Source of the DNA: Chlamydiota bacterium
GTDB lineage: Bacteria > Chlamydiota > Chlamydiia > Chlamydiales > Rhabdochlamydiaceae
Direction of reading: 5' to 3'
NCBI GenBank assembly: GCA_039798725.1
Contig: JBDKFJ010000006.1
Location: 11,472 to 75,471 of the forward strand
DNA length: 64,000 bases
In this document: piece by piece, positions 44,778 to 57,607 of the stretch
Layout: each line of letters starts with the position of its first letter
Numbering within the stretch: the first letter of the stretch is position 1
Translations under genes and position numbers: made by a program
The notes under the pieces: generated by a model
What the model saw: the letters and a program-made list of their open reading frames with translations, nothing else
What the model was told of the DNA's origin: nothing
Databases searched by the model: none

Positions 44778-46298
44778 ATGGGAAATGAGATCTACAAGAA
44801 GTTGCATGCCACTTCCAAAAAAGCGTCCTTACTTGGAGCTGTGCACTATTTACTTGACTGGGATCAAGAGACGTATATGCCCAAAGAGGCGATCGCGCTC
44901 CGCTCAGAGCAGACAGAACTTGTAGCAAGTCTTGTTCACAAAGAAAAAACCTCTAAAGGGTTTGCTAAGCTCCTTTTTTCTCTTATCGATCAAGAAACAG
45001 GAGAAATAATAGATAGCAATCTTTCTATAAGACAGGTAGCTGCCCTCAAAAGATGGAGATCCGATTACCTTAAAGAGATCAAGCTTCCAAGTGCCTTTGT
45101 CAAAAAATTTGCAAAGACGACATCAACCGCCTCTCATGTATGGAAAACAGCCAGAGATCATAACGACTTTAAAGCATTTGCCCCACACCTCGAAAAAATT
45201 GTATCTCTCAATAGAAAGAAAGCCGAACTTCTCGGTTTTCAAGAACACCCCTATGATGCGCTTTTAGATCTCTATGAACCCGAGATGAAAACTTCCTATC
45301 TTTTGCCGCTCTTTAATAGGCTCAAACTTTTCCTCTCGGAGTTTCTTAAGGAAATTAAGGCAAAGCCCGCTTTTCCCACTGATTTTCTTTATGCCGATTG
45401 CCCAGCCGATGCGCAGCGCACCTTTGCTTGGGATCTACTCAAATTGATGGGCTTTAACTCCGGCTGTGCCAGATTAGATCTTTCTTCCCACCCTTTTTGC
45501 TCCGGAATGCAACCCAAAGATATCCGGATGACGACAAGGATCCAACCGGATAATATCATGATGAATATTGGAGCTGTCATGCACGAAGGAGGGCATGGCC
45601 TCTACGAGATGCACCTGCCTATTGAAGAATATGGATCCCCTCTTGGGGAGGCTGTGTCACTGGGAATTCATGAAAGCCAGTCCCGATTTTGGGAGACTTG
45701 CATCGGACAGAGCGAGTCTTTTTTACGTCACCTACTTCCCCGCCTGCAAAAAGCTTTTCCGGAAGCTTTTGGGAGCGTTTCTTTCGATGCCTTCTATGGA
45801 GCCATCAATAACGTACATCCCGGACTTATCCGTATCGATTCAGATGAAGTGTGCTACAATCTCCACGTCATCTTACGCTTCGAGCTGGAAAAAGGGCTCA
45901 TCGAAGGCTCTATTAAAGTCAAAGATGTGCCGGAGCTATGGAACGCCAAAATGAGAGAGTATATTGGGACTGCCCCTACCTTTGATGGACAAGGGTGTCT
46001 GCAAGATATTCACTGGTCTCTGGGGTACTTTGGATACTTCCCTACATACACTTTGGGAAATTTGTACATGGCTCAGCTCTTTGAAACTTTAGAAAAAACT
46101 CTGCCACACTGGAAACAGAGCGCCTCTGAAGGCAATCTAAAGCCCATCTCAGATTTTCTTAATGAAAAGATCCATTGCCATGGAAGAGAATTTCTGCCGG
46201 GTGAATTATGTTTAAAAGCTACCGGGAAACCTCTTTCGGAAGCCCCCTATATTGCTTATCTAGAAAATAAGTACCGAAAGCTTTATCGGCTCACTTGA
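44778..46298 (+). CDS. M32 carboxypeptidase (Taq-type)
   Basis: HEXXH as MHEGGHGLYE, plus HESQSRFWE and the downstream IRIDSDEVCYNLHVILRFELE. 506 aa. Confidence 0.85.
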   Translation: MGNEIYKKLHATSKKASLLGAVHYLLDWDQETYMPKEAIALRSEQTELVASLVHKEKTSKGFAKLLFSLIDQETGEIIDSNLSIRQVAALKRWRSDYLKEIKLPSAFVKKFAKTTSTASHVWKTARDHNDFKAFAPHLEKIVSLNRKKAELLGFQEHPYDALLDLYEPEMKTSYLLPLFNRLKLFLSEFLKEIKAKPAFPTDFLYADCPADAQRTFAWDLLKLMGFNSGCARLDLSSHPFCSGMQPKDIRMTTRIQPDNIMMNIGAVMHEGGHGLYEMHLPIEEYGSPLGEAVSLGIHESQSRFWETCIGQSESFLRHLLPRLQKAFPEAFGSVSFDAFYGAINNVHPGLIRIDSDEVCYNLHVILRFELEKGLIEGSIKVKDVPELWNAKMREYIGTAPTFDGQGCLQDIHWSLGYFGYFPTYTLGNLYMAQLFETLEKTLPHWKQSASEGNLKPISDFLNEKIHCHGREFLPGELCLKATGKPLSEAPYIAYLENKYRKLYRLT

Positions 46299-46423
46299 GA
46301 TGCGGGTTTTTATGACTTAGCTTTTTGAAAGCTCTTTTACAAAAAGAATGTTTTCCAATATTGAATTAAACGATAAATTCATTTATAATGCCTTGAAGTA
46401 ATGCAAATCAAAAAGCTAAGAAA

Positions 46424-47287
46424 ATGAACATCACTTTATCGCCACAAACTACTCAATTACTTGTAAAAGCATTTGCTGAAGGCACAAAAAAAGAAATTAT
46501 CAAAACTTTAAAAAATGATAATAAAATTTACGACGTCTTTTATAGTTGCATTATTTTTTCCGGTTGGAGATCTAGTCCAGGTTCTGTTATCCATCTAAGA
46601 GCAGCCATTGCTGACTTAAAAGCCGCCTCTACACCTACAGAATTAGAACAAGCAAAGACTTCCTACTGTTACTCTTTGATAAGCCGTGTTGTCAACCTCG
46701 GCAAGGATCAGGAATGGAAACTAATGACAAAGTGGACTGCGCCGAACGATCCAACAGGCTGGACAAAAATAAATTATGGAATGATCGACACGATTAGCAA
46801 TCTATTATTAAATCGGGATAATATTTCTGAAAAAAAGCAACCGACTCAAAGTCAGTTAAGACTCGCAGCATTTCAAAAAACAGTTACCATCATCATTAAA
46901 GCCATAAAATCAAAAGAATTCAAAAATAAAGCGACTCTAATACCAAACCTGACCTTATTAAGTTTTATGGGAACCGGCTTAAAATCTCCTTTTTTGACAG
47001 TCCTATTTTTAAATAGAGCTCTAAGAGAAGCAAAACAACGCACAGCAGGCTTCCAAGTCAATCGTAATCCTATAGATGCTATTGAAAAAGAGATCGCGCG
47101 CTTGATCACATTACAGAGCAAAGAGCTTCTTGACTTAACATACAAAAGATTACGTATTGGAATTATTGTAACAGCGTGCGCTCTATTCATTTGGCCCGAT
47201 GAGATGCTTTATTACGGTACTCAAGTCGGTAACGCAATCCACTCTAAGATACCACTCCCCATTAGGAATGTGATCGAAGGAATGTAA
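46424..47287 (+). CDS. hypothetical protein, 287 aa, visibly AT-richer than neighbours
   Basis: ORF with hydrophobic segments near the C-terminus (LIPNLTLLSFMGTGLKSPFLTVLFL; IGIIVTACALFIW). I recognise no motif. Confidence 0.5.
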   Translation: MNITLSPQTTQLLVKAFAEGTKKEIIKTLKNDNKIYDVFYSCIIFSGWRSSPGSVIHLRAAIADLKAASTPTELEQAKTSYCYSLISRVVNLGKDQEWKLMTKWTAPNDPTGWTKINYGMIDTISNLLLNRDNISEKKQPTQSQLRLAAFQKTVTIIIKAIKSKEFKNKATLIPNLTLLSFMGTGLKSPFLTVLFLNRALREAKQRTAGFQVNRNPIDAIEKEIARLITLQSKELLDLTYKRLRIGIIVTACALFIWPDEMLYYGTQVGNAIHSKIPLPIRNVIEGM

Positions 47288-47342
47288 AAAATTAATAATT
47301 ATTACTTAAGTAAAATCAAAAAACAAAACAAGTTAAGGAATT

Positions 47343-47372
47343 AAAATCCCGGAGGAAACTCCGGGATTTTTT
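47343..47372. terminator. bidirectional rho-independent terminator between convergent genes
   Basis: aaaatcccgg-aggaaact-ccgggatttttt: a GC-rich stem flanked by an A-run and a T-run. Confidence 0.65.
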
Positions 47373-47383
47373 GTGAAAACAGA

Positions 47384-47785
47384 TTATCGTTTGCAGAACT
47401 GGAATCGCTTACGGGCACCGGCGCGACCATATTTCTTTCGCTCTCTCTTACGAGGATCGCGAGTCAAAAAGCCCACGCTCTTAAGATCTTGGCGTCTTCC
47501 TTCTTCTTCTTGAACAAGCGCGCGAGAAATGCCCAAACGAGCGGCGATCACTTGCCCTTGAATACCTCCACCTACCACTCGAATCATCACGTCATAGCGA
47601 TCAGGAGTCGCTACCTTAACGAGAGGTGCCAAAACAGCTTGGCGCTGAAGGGGCAGGGTAAAATATTCTTCAAATTTTCTCCCGTTGACAGTCACTTGAC
47701 CTTTACCAGGACGGAGACGAACGGAAGCCACAGCTGTTTTTCTTCGACCGATTCCAATTTTTTCTTGCACTTTTGTCATGTTCAC
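47384..47785 (-). CDS. rpsI: 30S ribosomal protein S9
   Basis: GGGIQGQVIAARLGISRAL and the C-terminus ARKRFQFCKR. 133 aa. Confidence 0.9.
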   Translation of the reverse strand: MNMTKVQEKIGIGRRKTAVASVRLRPGKGQVTVNGRKFEEYFTLPLQRQAVLAPLVKVATPDRYDVMIRVVGGGIQGQVIAARLGISRALVQEEEGRRQDLKSVGFLTRDPRKRERKKYGRAGARKRFQFCKR

Positions 47786-47786
47786 C

Positions 47787-48236
47787 TTAGATGTTGACGA
47801 CTGTCGGGTTTTGCGCTTCTAAATCATGCTGGCTACCAGCGAAGATACGCAGCTTTTTCATTTGAGCCTCTGTCAAGCGCGTTTTAGGCATCATCCCTTT
47901 AACCGCTCTCCAGATGATGTAGTCAGGCTTACGGGCTAGCATTGTGCGATAAGGCACCTCTCTAAGACCACTCATAGCCCCTGTATGGTATCTATAAATT
48001 TTTTGAGCCGCTTTAGCACCTGTTACAACGATTTTTTCCGCGTTGATAATCACAACGCCATCCCCACAGTCCACGTGAGGAGTAAATCCAGGCTTATGCT
48101 TGCCTCGGAGGATCTTAGCCACCTCTGCAGCAAAACGACCTAAGGTCTTACCTTCTGCATCCAAAAGAAGCCACTTGCGCACCGCAAGAGCCTCTTCCTT
48201 TGTTAAGAGCACTGTCTTGTTCTGTTTGTTTGCCAT
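47787..48236 (-). CDS. rplM: 50S ribosomal protein L13
   Basis: WLLLDAEGKTLGRFAAEVAKILRGKHKPGFTPHVDCGD. 149 aa. Confidence 0.9.
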   Translation of the reverse strand: MANKQNKTVLLTKEEALAVRKWLLLDAEGKTLGRFAAEVAKILRGKHKPGFTPHVDCGDGVVIINAEKIVVTGAKAAQKIYRYHTGAMSGLREVPYRTMLARKPDYIIWRAVKGMMPKTRLTEAQMKKLRIFAGSQHDLEAQNPTVVNI

Positions 48237-48354
48237 AGTCCATCATCTCGAAAATGAGTTCAAAGAGAGCTAGTCTACTTTTCGCTTTATTTTTTTTCCA
48301 CAGGATAATCTCATCTTCCTAAAAAAGAGAGGATGTTTCAGAATAGTTGGCACT

Positions 48355-49689
48355 ATGCGCACACTTAAAAAATTTTTTCTTCGCACCTACGGGTGCCAAA
48401 TGAACGAGCTCGACTCTGAAATCATGGTAGGACAACTCTTAAAAAGAGGGCTTGTCCGCACAGAAGATGAGATGGAAGCAGACCTGCTCCTCTTTAATAC
48501 CTGTTCCATCCGAGACCTAGCCGAAAGGAAAGTCATGGGAAAAATTGGCCTACTAGGAAGGAGCCCTTCCAAAAGGCAAGTCATCGGGGTCACAGGCTGT
48601 ATGGCGATGGCTAAAAAAGATTCTTTATTTCGCAAACTCCCCCATGTCGATTTCGTCCTAGGAACCAACAATATCAATGACCTCAATGAAGTACTTGACG
48701 AAGTATTAGAAGGTAGAGCCCAAATCATAAGAACCGGCGATCAGTTTGAAGAAAATGTTAACTACCTCGAAGCCAGTCGCGAAGATCCTCACAAAGCTTT
48801 TGTATCAATTATCCGAGGGTGTGACAAGTTCTGCACCTATTGCGTGGTTCCTTATACAAGGGGGCAAGAAGTTTCAAGACCCAAAGAGAGCGTCATTGAA
48901 GAATGCAAGCAACTCGTTCAGAAAGGATACAAGGAGATTACCCTTCTTGGACAAAATGTGAACAGCTACGGAAAAGACCATCCTGAATGGAATTACCTGT
49001 TTCATGACTTGCTCTATGACTTAAACAATATTCCCGGCATGCAGCGCATCCGCTTTATGACATCTCATCCAGTCGACATCACTGTCGAATTGATGCAAGC
49101 AATCCGCGATCTGCCTTCTCTTTGTGAATTCGTCCACTTTCCTCTCCAAGCAGGGTCGAATCGTATCCTCAAAAAGATGCATCGAGTATACACCACAGAG
49201 ATCTATCTTGAAAAAGTCGCCAAACTTCGCTCTATTGTTCCCCATGTTTCTTTGGGCACCGATATCATCGTCGGATTTCCAACAGAGACAGAAGAAGAAT
49301 TTCAGGAGACCTATGACCTTTTCAAACAGATCCGCTACTCTGTAGCCTTCATCTTCGCCTACAGTGCCCGTAAAGGCACCCCGGCATTTCGCTGGAAAGA
49401 CGATATCCCGGAACCGGTCAAACTAGACAGACTACAAAGACTGCTTGCCTTACATGAGTCCCTTTTCTCTGAACAGATGGCAGAATTGATCGGTCAAGAA
49501 GTGGAAATCTTAGTTGAAAGGCGCAACCGGGATGAAAAGCACATGAAAGGACGCACTCGCTGCTGGAAGAAAGTCATTTTCCCGGGTGAAGACTCTCTTG
49601 TGGGATCCTTACAAAAAGTCAAAATTACAGGTTTTCACCATCAGACATTGATTGGCGAAAGAGTAGACGAAAAGTTGGGATTGCTGTAG
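48355..49689 (+). CDS. miaB: tRNA-i6A37 methylthiotransferase (radical SAM)
   Basis: TYGCQMNELDSE N-terminal domain, radical-SAM CDKFCTYCVVP, TRAM-like C-terminus. 444 aa. Confidence 0.9.
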   Translation: MRTLKKFFLRTYGCQMNELDSEIMVGQLLKRGLVRTEDEMEADLLLFNTCSIRDLAERKVMGKIGLLGRSPSKRQVIGVTGCMAMAKKDSLFRKLPHVDFVLGTNNINDLNEVLDEVLEGRAQIIRTGDQFEENVNYLEASREDPHKAFVSIIRGCDKFCTYCVVPYTRGQEVSRPKESVIEECKQLVQKGYKEITLLGQNVNSYGKDHPEWNYLFHDLLYDLNNIPGMQRIRFMTSHPVDITVELMQAIRDLPSLCEFVHFPLQAGSNRILKKMHRVYTTEIYLEKVAKLRSIVPHVSLGTDIIVGFPTETEEEFQETYDLFKQIRYSVAFIFAYSARKGTPAFRWKDDIPEPVKLDRLQRLLALHESLFSEQMAELIGQEVEILVERRNRDEKHMKGRTRCWKKVIFPGEDSLVGSLQKVKITGFHHQTLIGERVDEKLGLL

Positions 49690-49699
49690 ATAGGGGCGT

Positions 49700-50479
49700 A
49701 TGCCCCAATCAACAAACGGAGTGCTTGTTGCAGCAGACATTACACAGCAGTGGCTTCTGCCGTGGTTTTGGGAGCATTATTCACAGCACAACGCCTATCC
49801 TGTAACCTTTGTCGATCTCGGCATGTCTTCTGATATGAAATCATGGTGTCAGGAGAGGGGGCATTATATCGCTCTGAGAATATCACATCTTTTTGTCAAA
49901 GAAAGAGAAGAAATCGCAAACGTTACGGTTGCTAATTGGGAACATGATTTAGGAAAATCGATTTGGGAAAGCCGCCCTGCATGGTTTAAAAAGCCTCTTG
50001 CCTGTCTACAATCCCCCTATGAAAACACTCTATGGCTTGATCTTGATTGTCAAGTTCTAAAGCCCCTTGACGAACTGTTTTCCCTCTCTCAACAACCGCC
50101 CGGTATTGCTCTTTATAAAGAGGGTCTATCCGGACAGTACAATGCAGGGGTCATCGCTTTTCGTAAAGGGCTTGCCCTAATAGAAAAGTGGGCAGAGCTT
50201 TGCCTTTCATCAAATCACAAGTTCCCAGGAGATCAAGATATTCTCTGCCATCTTATTGAAGCGCTAGATCATCCGGTCGTCGCTATGCCATCTAGTTACA
50301 ACTGGAGCCGCTTTCAAAAAGAAACACCCGATACCGCTATCCTCCATTGGCATGGTCCTCAAGGGAAAAGCTGCATAGAACTACTGATGAGACCCCCTCT
50401 AATCACTCCGGCACAAGATAAAAAACAGGCTGATACCCATTATACCTGCCAGCCTCTACATAAAGCGCCGCTTCTGTAA
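49700..50479 (+). CDS. GT8-like nucleotide-sugar glycosyltransferase (putative)
   Basis: LWLDLDCQVLKPLDELF (DXD), YNAGVIAFRKG, GDQDILCHL: order and spacing resemble the GT8/LgtC-glycogenin family. The last ~25 codons overlap the convergent gene. Confidence 0.55.
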   Translation: MPQSTNGVLVAADITQQWLLPWFWEHYSQHNAYPVTFVDLGMSSDMKSWCQERGHYIALRISHLFVKEREEIANVTVANWEHDLGKSIWESRPAWFKKPLACLQSPYENTLWLDLDCQVLKPLDELFSLSQQPPGIALYKEGLSGQYNAGVIAFRKGLALIEKWAELCLSSNHKFPGDQDILCHLIEALDHPVVAMPSSYNWSRFQKETPDTAILHWHGPQGKSCIELLMRPPLITPAQDKKQADTHYTCQPLHKAPLL

Positions 50480-51209
50480 ATCCAAAGGTGTCCACAACGC
50501 GCCACCCTTTCAACAACATCGGAAGGCGCAAAAAGCCATACATTCTGTGAGCATTCCAATACAAGCAATCCCCTCCAATAGGTACCGCAAGTATCATTGC
50601 GCCACCCTCTTTAAGTAACGTATCCTTAGCCATTGCCATAAATTCTAAATCGGCAAATGGATTTAATGGATCTCCATACCTTCCCAGACCATCATGCTCA
50701 ATGCTTGAAATCGACAGTATCACATCGAACTGCCTGGGGTTTTGTTGAAATTCTGTGGCAGTCATCACACTCAATCTGTCATCATCTGTGACAATTTTAT
50801 TATATTCAATTGTGACCGGCCTTCCCCCATAGGCAATTACAATGCTTTCGTACCAAGGTTGGGTAGAACCAAGGATTGCCACCTCTTTGCCTTCAATCGG
50901 ATACTTTGCAAGAGCATCATAAAGCCAAACGTCTGTCATCCCATAGTAGGAAAATTCTTTGTTGCGTACTTTCTCTATAAATTGGTTAATCACCTTCCTG
51001 GAATAAAAAGAGGCATTTGTCCCATCTGACAGAGTGACTCTATAATCTAGAGTAGGAGTTGTATCATCAAGATACCAACTGAAAACAGGAATCGATCCAT
51101 TCATTGTATACTGGTTAATCAAGTGCGGCGGTATTTGTCGTGGAGCCTCAGCATACGCTTGCTTGAACATAAAACATGCAACAACAACCGGGAGAAACTT
51201 CAATGACAT
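50403..51209 (-). CDS. secreted methyltransferase-fold protein resembling the DUF268 family (putative)
   Basis: Signal peptide MSLKFLPVVVACFMFKQAYA/EA. The segments VAILGSTQPWYESIVIAYGG, FDVILSISSIEHDGLGRYGDPLNP and YWNAHRMYG match my recollection of DUF268. Confidence 0.5.
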   Translation of the reverse strand: MSLKFLPVVVACFMFKQAYAEAPRQIPPHLINQYTMNGSIPVFSWYLDDTTPTLDYRVTLSDGTNASFYSRKVINQFIEKVRNKEFSYYGMTDVWLYDALAKYPIEGKEVAILGSTQPWYESIVIAYGGRPVTIEYNKIVTDDDRLSVMTATEFQQNPRQFDVILSISSIEHDGLGRYGDPLNPFADLEFMAMAKDTLLKEGGAMILAVPIGGDCLYWNAHRMYGFLRLPMLLKGWRVVDTFGFTEAALYVEAGRYNGYQPVFYLVPE

Positions 51210-51221
51210 AAATACACCCTT

Positions 51222-51255
51222 ATAGCCGAGGAAATTTTGAATTTAATCGACTATA
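51222..51255. repeat. degenerate hairpin copy of the tatagtcgattaa repeat family
   Basis: tatagccgaggaaa-ttttga-tttaatcgactata. The right arm is identical to 37965-37978. The left arm matches at 11 of 14 positions. Confidence 0.5.
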
Positions 51256-51261
51256 GGGAGA

Positions 51262-51287
51262 AGAACCCCTTAATATCAAGGGGTTCT
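51262..51287. other. strong 10-bp-stem hairpin downstream of the membrane-protein pair
   Basis: agaacccctt-aatatc-aaggggttct. There is no clear U-tract on the minus strand, so its role as a terminator is uncertain. Confidence 0.35.
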
Positions 51288-51299
51288 TTGAAACAAAGA

Positions 51300-51869
51300 T
51301 TATCTGACTTTTTTGATAATCTTAGCCATAGCAAGACCGGCAAGCGTCCAAGCAATGACAAGATCAAAAATCTGTGTTAGAACAAAATTACCAGGGAAAC
51401 CAATCCAGTTCCATGCAGGTAGATATGTCAAAACACCCACTGCGAGCCCAAACAGCGCCACAAAGAGTACCTTTTGTCTAAAGGCAAGCCCTTGTGCATG
51501 AGAGAGCAACCAGGCAGCTAAAAAAGCGCCGATGATATCGATAATCAGGCCAATCGCCATAGCTTGTTTATGGGTATGCTGCATTCCGTTAGGCAGAACT
51601 GCTGCAAACATGAAAGGACCGTGATCCATCATCGCAATGGCTCTTTTCATATCTTCCTGAGAAGAATTTTCATTATAACCGAACGTATAAGGCAATACAT
51701 ACATTCCGGATGCAGGAGCGTTGTCTTTTACAACAGAAGCTACTTTGCTCGGATGTGTAAAGCTATGGATACAGCAGTTATGAATAGGTAATACAGTCCA
51801 TGAGAGCCAGCACCACACAAAAGCTATAATGCCACCACACACGGCCGCTTTCAGAAGCGATCTATGCAT
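51300..51869 (-). CDS. 4-TM membrane protein, tandem paralog 2 (unknown function)
   Basis: MHRSLLKAAVCGGIIAFVWCWLSWTVLPIHN… is collinear with the upstream ORF over its whole length. Confidence 0.6.
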   Translation of the reverse strand: MHRSLLKAAVCGGIIAFVWCWLSWTVLPIHNCCIHSFTHPSKVASVVKDNAPASGMYVLPYTFGYNENSSQEDMKRAIAMMDHGPFMFAAVLPNGMQHTHKQAMAIGLIIDIIGAFLAAWLLSHAQGLAFRQKVLFVALFGLAVGVLTYLPAWNWIGFPGNFVLTQIFDLVIAWTLAGLAMAKIIKKVR

Positions 51870-51880
51870 AATTTCTCCTT

Positions 51881-52417
51881 TTACTTAGCTCCTTTGAGCG
51901 TTTTTGCAATGACAAGGCCAGCCAAGCACCAGCCAACTACTAAGTCAAACATCTGCGTGAGAACATAACAGGCTGAAAAGTTAGCCCAATTCCATGCAGA
52001 AAGCGATCCCAGCACGCCAATTCCAAGGCCGAACAGAGTCACAAAAAGCACTTTGTGTCTAAAAGAAAGCCCTTTTGTTTTTATGAGCATCCAAGACACC
52101 AAAAAGGCGCCAATTACTTGAATCACAAATGCACACACAAGAGGTCTTGTCATCTCCTGACCTAAACCCTTAGGTACAACGGCTGCAAACATGTAAAAAC
52201 CTTCGTTTTTAGAGCAACCACACTTTTCCGGCATTGTGACCACTTCATAGAGATCCTTACCGGGCGCATGTTCTCTTATAACTGAGGCCACTCTTTCTTC
52301 ATTTGTAAACTGATGAAAACAATGCTGATGAATAGGAAGTACCATCCAGGAGATCAAACTCCATATGAATACAACAAGCCCACCCAATACAGCAGATTTA
52401 AGAAGCGATCTAGGCAT
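51881..52417 (-). CDS. 4-TM membrane protein, tandem paralog 1 (unknown function)
   Basis: MPRSLLKSAVLGGLVVFIWSLISWMVLPIHQ… Shared blocks: FMFAAV.P.G, IGAFL..W.L, GL.FR.KVLFV.LFGL..GVL, AWNW, VLTQ.FDLV..W.LAGL..AK. Confidence 0.6.
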   Translation of the reverse strand: MPRSLLKSAVLGGLVVFIWSLISWMVLPIHQHCFHQFTNEERVASVIREHAPGKDLYEVVTMPEKCGCSKNEGFYMFAAVVPKGLGQEMTRPLVCAFVIQVIGAFLVSWMLIKTKGLSFRHKVLFVTLFGLGIGVLGSLSAWNWANFSACYVLTQMFDLVVGWCLAGLVIAKTLKGAK

Positions 52418-52474
52418 TCTTCTTCCTCCTGTCTTAACACTTTAAGCCATACTGCAAAAAAATATATTGCGCAA

Positions 52475-56549
<4,075 letters not shown>

Positions 56550-56629
56550 CTTGCAGTCCCCCTACCCAACCTCATACTCGCAACAAAAATTTCATTCCAA
56601 CAGAATCGATAGGGGATCGCGCACCCGGG

Positions 56630-57607
56630 CTAGCTGTGACTAAATCGATCGAGGGTAATGCATCCTTTGTCTTGCACAGTCAAGGTATGATCTCTAAAGT
56701 CACGCCTTTCTTTTCGAATACGGCAAGAAGCAATACTTTTTGGAAATGTGAGAGTGCAGGGCCACCCTTGTGGATTTTCAATGACCACTCGGCGTAGCGC
56801 TTTCTTTGTCCATTCGAAATGGACAACAATGCCCCCCTCTAATGCGATATTCACAAACCTTCCACAGTGCAGCTCTTTAGGTAGGCCCGGCAATAAAGCA
56901 AGGTGATTAGGGGAAAGTCTTTTATAAAAAAGGGACAAGAGGTGCTCTGCTGAATCTACAAGCAGTGGCAAAGGGTGTGCGTTTTCTTGTGCAAATGGCA
57001 CAATTCCTTGATATTCGGTATCTATGAGACGAGGGATAAAACAACCATGGAAAGCACTCTGAAAGAAGTTTAAAAAAGGATCTACGCCTCCCTCTTGACA
57101 CTCCTTGAGAAGAGCGTAGTGTCCAAGGCGCCCCTTTTCTGCATCGACTTTTGGACAAGCAAAAGCCACCTGTAACCATAAAGGGAATAACTCAGCAGGA
57201 TCAAGCCTTTCTCTTATTCTGCTTAAATCTTGGGCTTTGTGTGATCCGAGGGAGAGTTTTTCTTTGGGCTTTTCTGAAGGAATGACTTGAGCGAGGGTAG
57301 TCTCTTTTTTATCATACTGCAATAGCAGCTTTCCCTCTTTGATCTTCAAAACATAAGAAAAGTACCCCTCTTTAGAAAACCCAAAGACCTTGAGCTCTTC
57401 TCTGTCATAATCGAGTTCCGCAGTAAATCCCTTTACAGGGCCTGTCCAAGGCCATTCTTTGACCTGTGAGGGGATTTTCTGCATCAAGTCCTCAATTTCC
57501 AAGCGAGTAGGAAAGATTGTAATCACAAGTGTTGTGCCTGGGAAAAGGAATTTTTCCCCTTTTACGTGGGAAAAAGGCTTTAATTTCTGCGCGATCTTAA
57601 TTTTCAT
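56630..57607 (-). CDS. hypothetical protein, 325 aa
   Basis: ORF overlapping the 3' end of the upstream mtaB-like gene by 11 nt. I recognise no motif. Confidence 0.5.
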   Translation of the reverse strand: MKIKIAQKLKPFSHVKGEKFLFPGTTLVITIFPTRLEIEDLMQKIPSQVKEWPWTGPVKGFTAELDYDREELKVFGFSKEGYFSYVLKIKEGKLLLQYDKKETTLAQVIPSEKPKEKLSLGSHKAQDLSRIRERLDPAELFPLWLQVAFACPKVDAEKGRLGHYALLKECQEGGVDPFLNFFQSAFHGCFIPRLIDTEYQGIVPFAQENAHPLPLLVDSAEHLLSLFYKRLSPNHLALLPGLPKELHCGRFVNIALEGGIVVHFEWTKKALRRVVIENPQGWPCTLTFPKSIASCRIRKERRDFRDHTLTVQDKGCITLDRFSHS

